A stretch of DNA of 32,000 nt, taken from Raphidiopsis brookii D9. Its GTDB lineage: Bacteria; Cyanobacteriota; Cyanobacteriia; Cyanobacteriales; Nostocaceae. A program made the translations under genes and the position numbers. The stretch's first letter is position 1, and each line of letters starts with the position of its first letter. The stretch spans positions 39,801 to 71,800 of the forward strand of contig ACYB01000011.1 in the NCBI GenBank assembly GCA_000175855.1. The letters are read 5' to 3'. Positions 17,647 through 26,553 of this stretch are shown one piece after another. The notes below the pieces were generated by a model that was not told the DNA's origin, searched no databases, and saw only the letters and a program-made list of their open reading frames with translations.

Positions 17647-18834
17647 CTAAACTCTCACATTGTCAGCAAAGCGAATTTTCAGGTAGTCACCCTCCATTTT
17701 TGCTCCCGCAGGTTGAAGAGCAGCTAAAGCTTGGGGTAAAACTAAATTACGTCGGTGATTACCAATAGTAATATTTAATTCATCTCCACTTTTACTTAAT
17801 TGAATCTGACTTTTAGGAATAGTCGGTAAATAAAGTTCCAAGCTGTACTGGTTGTTTTCTTGCACCACTCTAATGGTGGTCTCTCGATAATAAACCTGGG
17901 TGGGATCTTCACCAGGATACAAAGTATCCTTCAGTCTCTCTAATGCAGCTAGACCACACATCTCCTCGGAAAATAAGGGGACTTCCTTCACCGGTAACGG
18001 GAGAAAGTTGTCATGAATTTCTCGTCGATATTGTTCTTGACTTTGTTTCCATCTTAGGAAAAATGGATCCGCAACCTCCTCTGGAATAATCCTATTGGCC
18101 ACAACTAAATCTGTAGCTACATTATATAAACTCAAGTAAGCATGTGCTCGTAATGATTCTTTAATTACCATTTTTTCTGGATTAGTCACTAGTCTAACTG
18201 AGGTTTGAGTGTTATCAGTTAAAACTTTTTCTAAGGCTTCTATTTGCTCATAAAACTCGTATGGTGCATCCATTACCTCCTTATCTGGTAAGGAAAATCC
18301 CGCTATAGGTTTAAAAATCGGCTCTACTAATGGTCTCAGGGCTACTGATATATTTTGAAAAGGTTTATAAAACCGTCTCATGTACCAACCACCAACCTCT
18401 GGTAAACTTAATAGTCTTAAGGCTGTACCAGTAGGAGCAGAGTCTATAATTAAAACATCAAATACCCCTTCATCGTAGTGACGTTTCATTCTCACCAAAC
18501 CGAAAATTTCATCCATCCCCGGTAAGATTGCCAGCTCTTCTGCTTGGATTCCTTCTAAACCCCTAGCTTGTAACACCTGGGTAATATAACGTTTGACTGC
18601 TCCCCAATTACCCTCTAGTTCTTGCAAAGCATCCAGTTCTGCACCCCATAGGTTGGGACGCACTTGTTTTGCATCGTGACCTAACTCTAAATCAAAACTG
18701 TCCGCTAAGGAATGGGCTGGATCTGTACTTAAAACTAATGTTTTATAACCTAGTTCTGCACAACGCAATCCAGTTGCAGCGGCGACGGAAGTTTTACCTA
18801 CTCCACCTTTACCAGTCATTAAAATTACGCGCAT
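17647..18834 (-). CDS. ArsA/Get3(TRC40)-family ATPase with C-terminal HSP20/CS-like domain
   Basis: Start taken at ATG 18834 ([20 protein letters not shown]). P-loop GKGGVGKT. The switch motif reads [14 protein letters not shown], a variant of DTAPTGHTLRLL. The C-terminal beta-rich ~70 aa ([38 protein letters not shown]) resembles an alpha-crystallin/CS fold. Confidence 0.85.
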   Translation of the reverse strand: MRVILMTGKGGVGKTSVAAATGLRCAELGYKTLVLSTDPAHSLADSFDLELGHDAKQVRPNLWGAELDALQELEGNWGAVKRYITQVLQARGLEGIQAEELAILPGMDEIFGLVRMKRHYDEGVFDVLIIDSAPTGTALRLLSLPEVGGWYMRRFYKPFQNISVALRPLVEPIFKPIAGFSLPDKEVMDAPYEFYEQIEALEKVLTDNTQTSVRLVTNPEKMVIKESLRAHAYLSLYNVATDLVVANRIIPEEVADPFFLRWKQSQEQYRREIHDNFLPLPVKEVPLFSEEMCGLAALERLKDTLYPGEDPTQVYYRETTIRVVQENNQYSLELYLPTIPKSQIQLSKSGDELNITIGNHRRNLVLPQALAALQPAGAKMEGDYLKIRFADNVRV

Positions 18835-18877
18835 GAATGATTCTGTCCTACCTGAATTTTGTTGACATTTACTCACA

Positions 18878-19270
18878 TTATCCTTTGTTTACGGAAAATA
18901 GGTGTTGTTTTAGTACATCTAAACGTGAACAGTGCCAATAATCTATATGGGAACTAATCAATCCTTGATTATTAAGACTTAATTGAGTCCATCCAGATAT
19001 AGAAATTCTCGGTTTCCAAGGTAGGGATGCATTCCAGCTTAATGTCCATTCAGTCTTAATCATATTTTGGTCTTGTTCGATGTGGTGCAAATCCATCCGT
19101 AAGTTAGTGAAAAATATGTGAATAAATTTAATCATCCACTTGTAAAGTTCTAAACCACGAAATTTAAAAACTGGATCTTGAAAGTAAACATCTAGTGCAT
19201 AAATGCTATAAGTCTGGTCAAGGGGAAATCTTTGGTAATCTGCTTTTAGGGTTTCGATAATGTTCGTCAT
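18878..19270 (-). CDS. DUF2358-like (NTF2/SnoaL-fold) protein
   Basis: 130 aa. The pattern [24 protein letters not shown]...[20 protein letters not shown] resembles the cyanobacterial/plant DUF2358 family. Assignment is from memory only. Confidence 0.55.
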   Translation of the reverse strand: MTNIIETLKADYQRFPLDQTYSIYALDVYFQDPVFKFRGLELYKWMIKFIHIFFTNLRMDLHHIEQDQNMIKTEWTLSWNASLPWKPRISISGWTQLSLNNQGLISSHIDYWHCSRLDVLKQHLFSVNKG

Positions 19271-19296
19271 ACAAATAAAAGTAATAGGTGACCTAA

Positions 19297-20199
19297 CTAC
19301 AAACTCAAATCTGCTTGGGTAATTTCTACATAGATATGTTCTAAACGTAGGGATTGACGGGAAATAGAGTCAATCTCTATACCATCAAATTTAGTCAATA
19401 ATTCTTTTAGTTCTATTGGTTCTGGTAGCAAAAAGGCTAAATCACTCCCATACCGTCGAACAATAAAACCATTTTCCCGACCTACTGATATAGCTGTACT
19501 TTCTTCTTTCGTTTGCATCAAAACAATTTCCTTCCCCGGAACCCGGTTTTTTAATTCTGCTAAACTTCCCTCAGCTAATATCTGACCATTTTTTAAAACC
19601 CCAATCCGACTACAAAGTCTTTCAGCTTCATCTAGTAAGTGAGTAGTTAGCAGTATGGTCATACCTTGATTTTTTAAATTGCGAATTAATTCCCAAATTT
19701 CATATCGAGCTTCAATATCTAGTCCTGTAGTTGGTTCATCAAGAATCAGTAATTGAGGTTGATGTACTAAAGCAACAGCAATGTTTAAACGCCTTTGCAT
19801 GCCACCACTGAGAGTTTCTACAGGACTATCTGCTCTATCTAACAAGTTTACGGATTTCAGGGTGGTCATCACTTGTTTGTGTTTGGTTTTGGAGTCTAAA
19901 CCATAAATCTCAGCAAAAAATCTCAGGTTTTCCGCACAGGAGAGGGTTTTATATAGAATATTTTCCTGGGGAGCAATACCAATAAGTTTTTTTGTAGAAC
20001 CAGAAATTGGCTGATGATTTACTGTGACGTGACCACTATCTGCTTTAAGAAGATTACAAATAATATTAATAGTAGTTGTTTTACCTGCTCCGTTAGCACC
20101 TAGTAAACCATAAACTTCTCCCGGTTGGATGGTAAATGTTAAATTTTGCAGAACTTTGCGGTTTTTGTAGGACTTGTTTAAATTTTTAATTTTAAGCAT
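19297..20199 (-). CDS. ABC transporter ATP-binding protein (ABC-2/DrrA-like exporter subunit)
   Basis: 300 aa. Walker A GANGAGKTT, signature LSGGMQRRLNIAVAL, Walker B LLILDEPTTGLD, H-loop TTHLLDEAE. Confidence 0.9.
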   Translation of the reverse strand: MLKIKNLNKSYKNRKVLQNLTFTIQPGEVYGLLGANGAGKTTTINIICNLLKADSGHVTVNHQPISGSTKKLIGIAPQENILYKTLSCAENLRFFAEIYGLDSKTKHKQVMTTLKSVNLLDRADSPVETLSGGMQRRLNIAVALVHQPQLLILDEPTTGLDIEARYEIWELIRNLKNQGMTILLTTHLLDEAERLCSRIGVLKNGQILAEGSLAELKNRVPGKEIVLMQTKEESTAISVGRENGFIVRRYGSDLAFLLPEPIELKELLTKFDGIEIDSISRQSLRLEHIYVEITQADLSL

Positions 20200-20350
20200 T
20201 TTGGTAATTGATATTTTTCAGGAATGGGAGCTGGAACCATGCTCCCCCACTTTTGGCTTTAATTCACCAAAGTCAACTCTTTATATAGAAACAGGATATT
20301 TATTTGTGATTATACTGTTTTAAAGTCTTTTTTCTACCATTAACATCCGT

Positions 20351-21094
20351 CTATAAGATATCCAACCACAAACGAGGGTGAGTGTAGCAAAAAATAAACA
20401 AAAAGCGCAAGTGTAAACTCACATCGCTAAATTTTTCTCCATTAGCGGAAACACCTAAAAGAGCTTCATTCATGTGGTAAATAGGATTATACTTAGCAAT
20501 ATCTAATAGAGTTTTAGGAAATAGGGAACTTGGGAAAAATGTCCCCCCCAAAATTAACAGGGGTACGCCAAAAGTAGCTACCAAAGCATTAACGTCTTCC
20601 GTACGACGAGCTAGTTGTGTACCCAGGACAAATCCCAGACCTACGTATCCAATAATACTCAAGAAAATAATGACTATTCCTAATAATATTGAACCTTGAA
20701 AGGTTGCACCCCAGAACCCAGCAACTATATATACTAGCAGGGTTTGTCCAATTCCTATACAGCTGTGGGCTAAAAAAATTCCCAGAAAATAAGATGTGCC
20801 ACTTAAAGGTGAAATAAATAATCGTTTTAGGGTTTGTTGTTCTCTCTCCGCAACCACTGTTGCAACAGTTCCACCCAAACAACTAAAAAATAGTGCAGCA
20901 CCCACCAAACTCGAAGGTGCAGCTTTTTCTAAGGCCACCTCCATGGCTAATTCTCCCCGTTCTGACAAAACAAAGCCATTAAGTATCAAAATAGAAACTG
21001 GGAAAATAGTCCAAAAAATTAGACTTCGTCTGCGTCGTAGTAGTTCCGTTAAAATGCGCTGAGCTATAGCCAGGGTTTCACGCCAGTATTTCAT
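20351..21094 (-). CDS. ABC-2 type transporter permease (3' end probably frame-broken; likely true end near 20320)
   Basis: 247 aa with about 5 clear TM helices. The last 19 aa (LRFLFIFCYTHPRLWLDIL*) look unnatural. A +1 frame from about 20404 reads ...FCLFFATLTLVCGWISYRRMLMVEKRL*, a sixth TM helix plus basic tail typical of ABC-2 permeases. Confidence 0.8.
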   Translation of the reverse strand: MKYWRETLAIAQRILTELLRRRRSLIFWTIFPVSILILNGFVLSERGELAMEVALEKAAPSSLVGAALFFSCLGGTVATVVAEREQQTLKRLFISPLSGTSYFLGIFLAHSCIGIGQTLLVYIVAGFWGATFQGSILLGIVIIFLSIIGYVGLGFVLGTQLARRTEDVNALVATFGVPLLILGGTFFPSSLFPKTLLDIAKYNPIYHMNEALLGVSANGEKFSDVSLHLRFLFIFCYTHPRLWLDIL

Positions 21095-21174
21095 ATTAAT
21101 TAATCTCTTGCCAAATTACCCGAGGTCTATGCTACCATGTCCCCCACAATTTTCCAGAACCTTCCACAATTCTA

Positions 21175-21780
21175 CTAATCAGTAATCGCATTCATTAAAA
21201 CTTCTGTTAAACTCATTTCTTCCAAGTCATCTAAAGTCACAGTATCGCAAATATCAAATTTAGCTCCTACACTTTGCAACTGGTCATCGAGAGCTTTGAG
21301 GAATTTTGTAGCTTGCGGATCTGTACCTACTTGAATTAGAGAAATTGCTAATTCCTCATCTTTATCTATTTTGCGAGAGGCGTTAATAACTACTTCAAAA
21401 ACCGCTTTCCGATCATCCGGTTCCCCATCAGTAATCACCACAATGGTTTCACCATTCGGTTTGGCTTGACCAGATGCTTTACGTTGAAAATAGTGATTAG
21501 TAGCATCCAAAAGCACTCCAGCTAAATTGGTTGTACCCACAGGATCATTTTCTTGAAATATCTGACCAACCTTTGCTGCTGTCACATTTTCGTATCGTTT
21601 AAATCTACCAGAAAATACGTAAACAGTAATACCATCTGGGTCAAATTGCTCACACTTTCTGGCTAGGGCTATGGTAGATTCTTGGGCTATTTCCCATCTG
21701 GTTCTTCCACCCCGTTGATCCGGAGTTGACATGCTCCCACTTTTATCAATGATTAGTGTATAGTCGCGATCGCTCATCAT
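21175..21780 (-). CDS. von Willebrand factor type A (vWA) domain protein, cytoplasmic
   Basis: 201 aa. MIDAS motif DKSGSMS, later T (GTTNL) and D (VVITDGEPDD) elements. No signal peptide or TM helix. Confidence 0.8.
   Translation of the reverse strand: MMSDRDYTLIIDKSGSMSTPDQRGGRTRWEIAQESTIALARKCEQFDPDGITVYVFSGRFKRYENVTAAKVGQIFQENDPVGTTNLAGVLLDATNHYFQRKASGQAKPNGETIVVITDGEPDDRKAVFEVVINASRKIDKDEELAISLIQVGTDPQATKFLKALDDQLQSVGAKFDICDTVTLDDLEEMSLTEVLMNAITD
21766..21773. repeat. HIP1 octamer GCGATCGC
   Basis: Exact match read in the sequence. Confidence 0.95.
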
Positions 21781-22067
21781 ATTTCACTCTAAATATTAAT
21801 TTATTCTTATTTTATCTTTTACCTGGCATTTTTGCGCAAGTTCCCCCAGTTAGAAAAATATGCTCTCTCCCAATATGGCGACTACCTATTTACCACCCAT
21901 GGGGGAGAGAATTAGTATGGAGGAGGTAATTAGTCCCACTGGGCGCACTATTACCCTAATTCGTAGTTAGAAAAGTGCCAAACCCTCAGTAATCCTGATC
22001 TGAGGAGATTAGACACTTCCAAATCAATATTAATGTTAATTTATCTAATTTGGTTATTAACTAATCC

Positions 22068-22653
22068 ATGTTTGCTGCTTCCCATCAATTATTATGGTCT
22101 ATGATTGGCTTGCTGTTGACCATTGGCGGCACCTTTTTAGAAGCATACGGTACCACCCTACCCTGGAGTTGGAGTCAACAGGGAATTAAAACCTTCCCCT
22201 TAGGTGCTAGTTATCAAATTGCTGCTGTATTGTTTGTTGGTTGTTTAGGGGTAAAAGTGCTGGTGCCCTTTCCCAAATTGCTTATTTAGTGATGGGCTTG
22301 ACCTTGCTACCCGTATTTGCTCAGGGAGGAGGTATAGGATATGTTAAACTTCCCAATTTGGTTACTTACTGGGGTTTATTCCAGGAGCATGGATTTGCGG
22401 ACATTTTGCCTTTAAAGCCAGACCTCGATTAGAAACCCTAGGTTTTAGTTGTCTGTGCGGATTGTTAACTATTCACATTTGCGGTATTTGTTATTTGGTA
22501 ACCAGTTATCTTTTCTCCTGGGGGGACAATCAAAATTTGTCCTTAATGGAGGGTATTCTTAAATATTCCTGGGGTTCCCTCCCTGGACAATTGGCCGTGC
22601 TTTGTGCTGTTACTGTCATAGCTTACCTCCTGCGACACATTATGTTTTATTAA
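22068..22653 (+). pseudogene. bioY: Biotin transporter BioY, interrupted by two -1 frameshifts (pseudogene or assembly indels)
   Basis: Three consecutive ORFs in three frames (22068-22289, 22241-22432, 22462-22653) join into one BioY-like protein: ...AAVLFVGCLG|GKSAGALSQIAYLVMGLTLLPVFAQGGGIGYVKLPN|FGYLLGFIPGAWICGHFAFKARPRLETLGFSCLCGLLTIHICGICYLV...LPGQLAVLCAVTVIAYLLRHIMFY. The breaks are at G4 22248-22251 and T3 22357-22359. Confidence 0.75.
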
Positions 22654-22707
22654 TGTTTCATTAGTAATTTTTGCGTCTCACATAACATAATTAATGGTAG
22701 AATTTTC

Positions 22708-23160
22708 ATGGGTTTAAAAAATCGCCTGTTTTGGATTGCTGCTGTAATAGCTTTTGCTCTGGACCAACTAACAAAGTTGTCCGTAGTTCAAAGCTTTGAT
22801 TTACACCAAACCTTCCCCTTAGTACCAGGAGTCTTTCATCTGACATACGTAACTAATACAGGTGCAGCTTTTAGTCTTTTTAGTGGTAAGGTTGAGTGGT
22901 TGCGTTGGTTATCCCTAGTAGTAAGTTTATTGTTAGTGGCGATCGCTCTTTGGGGTCCATCATTAATTATATGGGAACAGTTGGGTTATGGTTTAATTTT
23001 AGGGGGAGCTATAGGTAATGGTATTGATAGATTCATATTGGGATATGTGGTAGATTTTCTGGACCTTCGTCTATTCAACTTCCCAGTCTTCAATTTAGCA
23101 GACTCATTTATTAGTATAGGTATTGTTTGTCTACTAATTGGTTCCCGGAAAAAAGCCTAA
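22708..23160 (+). CDS. lspA: Lipoprotein signal peptidase (signal peptidase II)
   Basis: 150 aa with 4 TM helices. Motifs NTGAAFS and VVDFLDLRLFNFPVFNLADSFISIG (catalytic Asp region). Confidence 0.9.
   Translation: MGLKNRLFWIAAVIAFALDQLTKLSVVQSFDLHQTFPLVPGVFHLTYVTNTGAAFSLFSGKVEWLRWLSLVVSLLLVAIALWGPSLIIWEQLGYGLILGGAIGNGIDRFILGYVVDFLDLRLFNFPVFNLADSFISIGIVCLLIGSRKKA
22939..22946. repeat. HIP1 octamer GCGATCGC
   Basis: Exact match read in the sequence. Confidence 0.95.
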
Positions 23161-23315
23161 GCATAAAACTCCCAATTAATTTTGATATAAATTAACTTTA
23201 CCAAATCCCAGACCATGAGTTCCCAACAACCACCCCAAAACCCCAAACCTTTCTTGGTCACATCACTCAAGCTGTAAATACCATTCAAGCTAGAGTAGAC
23301 TTTTCTAAACTAGCT

Positions 23316-25475
23316 TTGAAACCCAATGCCAAAGTACCGGAACTCTGGGTGCAAAACGGGGAAGAAAACCAAACATATCCCCTATTGGGAGAACGTTACA
23401 TTTTAGGTCGCAGTTCCAAATCCTGTGATATCATCGTCCCCAACCCAGTAGTTAGCCAGGTTCACCTTTCCCTCACTAGGGACTCAAGCCAAAACAACCC
23501 GGTCTTCACTATCAAAGATGAAAATTCCACTAATGGTATTTACTTAGGAAAACGCCGAATTAAATCTCTCCAACTTAGACATGGTGATATTGTTACCCTG
23601 GGTCCACCAGAACTAGCTGCTTCAGTAAGTCTTGAGTATCTTGATCCACCCCCTGCCCATATTAAATTTCTTACTTGGGGAATGTATGGTATCAGTGGTA
23701 TTACTGCCTTATTTGCCCTGTCCATCGGTTGGGAGTGGACAAAATTTGACGTTAACCCTCTACCTACAGCAACCAGTGGACCAGTAGTAATTTACGCCCG
23801 GGATGCCTACACCCCATTGCGAGAACCCCGCAATATCTCTCACGTAGATCTCAAAGAAATAGCAGATTTCGGTCCTTACATACCCGCTGCAGTAGTCGCT
23901 TCGGAGGACAGTCGTTATTATTGGCACTTTGGAGTTGACCCCCTGGGAGTTTTGCGGGCAGTATTCATTAACACTCAAAGTGGGGATGTGCAACAAGGTG
24001 CTAGTACGGTTACCCAACAGCTTGCACGGAGTTTGTTTCGTGATTATGTAGGTAGACAGGATTCTTTAGGAAGAAAAATTCGTGAAGCTATGGTCTCATT
24101 AAAATTAGAAACCTTTTACAGCAAAGATGAGATCCTGCTTACCTATTTAAATCGAGTATTTTTAGGAGCTGACACTTCTGGTTTTGAAGATGCGGCTAAA
24201 TATTACTTTGAAAAATCTGCCAAAGAATTAACCCTATCAGAAGCAGCAACTTTAGTGGGAATATTACCTGCACCCAATGGGTTTGACTTTTGTGGAGATG
24301 GACCCAGGAAATTAGCAGCAGCAGATTATCGGAATCGGGTCATTCGACGCATGTTAGATATGGGGACGATTAATTCCACTCAAGCAAATCGAGCTAGAAG
24401 ATCCCCCGTACGGGTTAGTCCCAAAGTTTGCGAAAGACAAGCTAAAACTATTGCTCCCTATTTTTACAACTATGTTTTTCAAGAGTTAGAATCAATTTTG
24501 GGTGCAGGAGCAGCTAGAGAAGGTAACTACATCATTGAAACCAAATTAGACCCAGTAATTCAAGCTAAAGCTGAGGCAGCCTTGCAAAATTCGGTAAATA
24601 AGGTTGGTTCCAACTTGCGATTTTCCCAGGGAGCAATTGTCACCCTAGATTCCAAAACCGGGAGCATATTAGCCATGGTCGGGGGAAAAAATTACAAAGA
24701 AAGCCAATTTAATCGTGCTGTACAAGCTCAAAGACAACCCGGATCTACTTTTAAAGTTTTTGCCTATGCTGCAGCTATAGAAGCGGGAATACCCACCTAT
24801 AAGAGCTATTCTTGTAATTCTTTTCCCTGGGGAGGATTTACTTATAGACCTTGTCGCAGTGGGGGTGGTAGCTTAGATGTAGCTACGGGTTTTGCACTGT
24901 CGGAAAACCCTATTGCTCTAAGACTTGCACAGGAGGTGGGATTAAATAAGGTAGTAGAAATGGCCCAGAGGTTAGGGATAAAATCCTCCTTGGAACCAGT
25001 TCCCGGTTTAGTTCTGGGTCAAAGTGTGGTCAATGTTCTAGAAATGACCGGTGCGTTTGCAGCAATTGGTAATCGAGGAGTATGGAATCGTCCCCACGCT
25101 ATTACCCGAATTCTAGATAGTAGTGATTGTGAAGATCGGAAGAATTTAAAAACCTGTCGGGAGATTTATTCCTTTGCTCAAAATCCCAAAGCTAATCAAA
25201 CAGTGTTGAAAAAGAATGTGGCTAACACTATGACTGACATGATGCAAGCTGTGGTAGCTAGGGGTACTGGTCGCGCTGCTTCCATAGGAACGGGTGAGGA
25301 AGCAGGTAAAACCGGAACCACGGATAAAAATGTGGACTTGTGGTTTATTGGTTTTATTCCCAGTCGTCAATTGGTCACCGGTATTTGGTTAGGTAATGAC
25401 AACAACTCTCCCACCCTTGGTAGTAGTGGTCAAGCAGCACAATTATGGGGAAATTATATGCGACAAATTAAGTAA
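23316..25475 (+). CDS. Class A penicillin-binding protein (GT51 transglycosylase + transpeptidase) with N-terminal cytoplasmic FHA domain
   Basis: FHA segment: YILGRSSKSCDIIVPNPVVSQVHLSL...STNGIYLGKRRI. TM helix FLTWGMYGISGITALFALSIGW. GT51 motifs SEDSRYYWHFGVD, GASTVTQQ, RKIREA. Transpeptidase motifs STFK, SEN, KTGT. The track start is TTG 23316. An upstream ATG 23215 is one base out of frame. Confidence 0.9.
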   Translation: MKPNAKVPELWVQNGEENQTYPLLGERYILGRSSKSCDIIVPNPVVSQVHLSLTRDSSQNNPVFTIKDENSTNGIYLGKRRIKSLQLRHGDIVTLGPPELAASVSLEYLDPPPAHIKFLTWGMYGISGITALFALSIGWEWTKFDVNPLPTATSGPVVIYARDAYTPLREPRNISHVDLKEIADFGPYIPAAVVASEDSRYYWHFGVDPLGVLRAVFINTQSGDVQQGASTVTQQLARSLFRDYVGRQDSLGRKIREAMVSLKLETFYSKDEILLTYLNRVFLGADTSGFEDAAKYYFEKSAKELTLSEAATLVGILPAPNGFDFCGDGPRKLAAADYRNRVIRRMLDMGTINSTQANRARRSPVRVSPKVCERQAKTIAPYFYNYVFQELESILGAGAAREGNYIIETKLDPVIQAKAEAALQNSVNKVGSNLRFSQGAIVTLDSKTGSILAMVGGKNYKESQFNRAVQAQRQPGSTFKVFAYAAAIEAGIPTYKSYSCNSFPWGGFTYRPCRSGGGSLDVATGFALSENPIALRLAQEVGLNKVVEMAQRLGIKSSLEPVPGLVLGQSVVNVLEMTGAFAAIGNRGVWNRPHAITRILDSSDCEDRKNLKTCREIYSFAQNPKANQTVLKKNVANTMTDMMQAVVARGTGRAASIGTGEEAGKTGTTDKNVDLWFIGFIPSRQLVTGIWLGNDNNSPTLGSSGQAAQLWGNYMRQIK

Positions 25476-25498
25476 CTAAGACGGGGCAATTTATAATA

Positions 25499-26536
25499 AT
25501 GCGTGTTTTACTTTCTGGTTATTATGGTAAGGGTAATGGTGGTGATGAAGCTCTATTAGCTACTCTTTTACAAATGCTACCACCTCACATCACTCCTGTA
25601 GTTCTGTCCGGTAGTCCCCAAATAACCACCACAAATTATGGGGTAGAAAGTCATGACCGGATGGCATTTATCCCCTTGATTCGAGCTTTACGCTCTTGTC
25701 AAGGATTTATCTGGGGTGGAGGTAGTTTAATGCAGGATGCAACTAGTAGTATTAGTCCCTTGTATTATGGGGGAATAATGGCTTTAGCCCAATTTATGGG
25801 TCTAAAAACTATAGCCTGGGGCCAGGGTATAGGTCCCCTATCCCTAACACAAAACCGTTGGTTGGCTCAAAGAAATTTTGCCGGTTGCTTGGGAGTCAGT
25901 GTGCGCGATCGCTCAAGTGCTAGGTTATTATCAAGTTGGCACGTACCACACATCCTAGCACCTGATCCAGTGTGGGGTTTAGCATCTGAGTCAGTACCAG
26001 AATTAGCGAGTCTACCAAAACCACGAATTGCAGTTACCTTGAGAAAACATCCTCAGTTGACAGAGGGTCGATTAGCAAATCTAATCCGTGGATTGGTTGA
26101 TTTACAGAAACACACCCAAGCATTTATTTTAATTCTACCATTTCAAAAAACTGAGGATTTAGAAATTGCCCAACAAATTCACTCTCAATTGCCAAATAAT
26201 AGCCAAGTTTTTTGTTTGGAGAAACCACAAATGTTAAAAGGCGCATTTAAAGGTGTGGATATGGTAATAGGAATGCGCCTACATAGTTTAATTATGGCTG
26301 CTAGTGAAGGGTGTCGTTGCTTTGCTCTAAGTTATGATCCTAAAATCAACAGGTTGATGGAAGATTTACCCATACCAGGTTGGAATCTTCCAGATTTACC
26401 CAATGATCCTAATTTAATTGCCAAAACTTGGTTGGATTCCTATCACAATGCCGAGTCTTTGTCAAGAAATAAATTACAGTCTCTATTGGATGGTTCCCTG
26501 TTACACCGCGACTTGTTGTACCGAGTATTTAGTTAG
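25499..26536 (+). CDS. csaB: Polysaccharide pyruvyl transferase CsaB
   Basis: 345 aa. Characteristic N-terminus MRVLLSGYYGKGNGGDEALLATLLQMLP and the later MRLHSLIMAA segment. Confidence 0.8.
   Translation: MRVLLSGYYGKGNGGDEALLATLLQMLPPHITPVVLSGSPQITTTNYGVESHDRMAFIPLIRALRSCQGFIWGGGSLMQDATSSISPLYYGGIMALAQFMGLKTIAWGQGIGPLSLTQNRWLAQRNFAGCLGVSVRDRSSARLLSSWHVPHILAPDPVWGLASESVPELASLPKPRIAVTLRKHPQLTEGRLANLIRGLVDLQKHTQAFILILPFQKTEDLEIAQQIHSQLPNNSQVFCLEKPQMLKGAFKGVDMVIGMRLHSLIMAASEGCRCFALSYDPKINRLMEDLPIPGWNLPDLPNDPNLIAKTWLDSYHNAESLSRNKLQSLLDGSLLHRDLLYRVFS
25905..25912. repeat. HIP1 octamer GCGATCGC
   Basis: Exact match read in the sequence. Confidence 0.95.
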
Positions 26537-26553
26537 TAGGTTAGTCTGTTGGT

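Noticed and set aside
21864-21910. 8-bp inverted repeat TCTCTCCC...GGGAGAGA with a 31-nt loop, upstream of bioY/vWA.
   Set aside because: By my rough estimate, dozens of 8-bp inverted repeats with loops up to about 50 nt are expected by chance in 32 kb. There is no flanking U-tract or other supporting feature.
21875-21970. 31-codon ORF MATTYLPPMGERISMEEVISPTGRTITLIRS* in the vWA-bioY spacer.
   Set aside because: It has no recognisable motif and no convincing ribosome-binding site, and it is too short to judge without comparative data. It could be a gene remnant.
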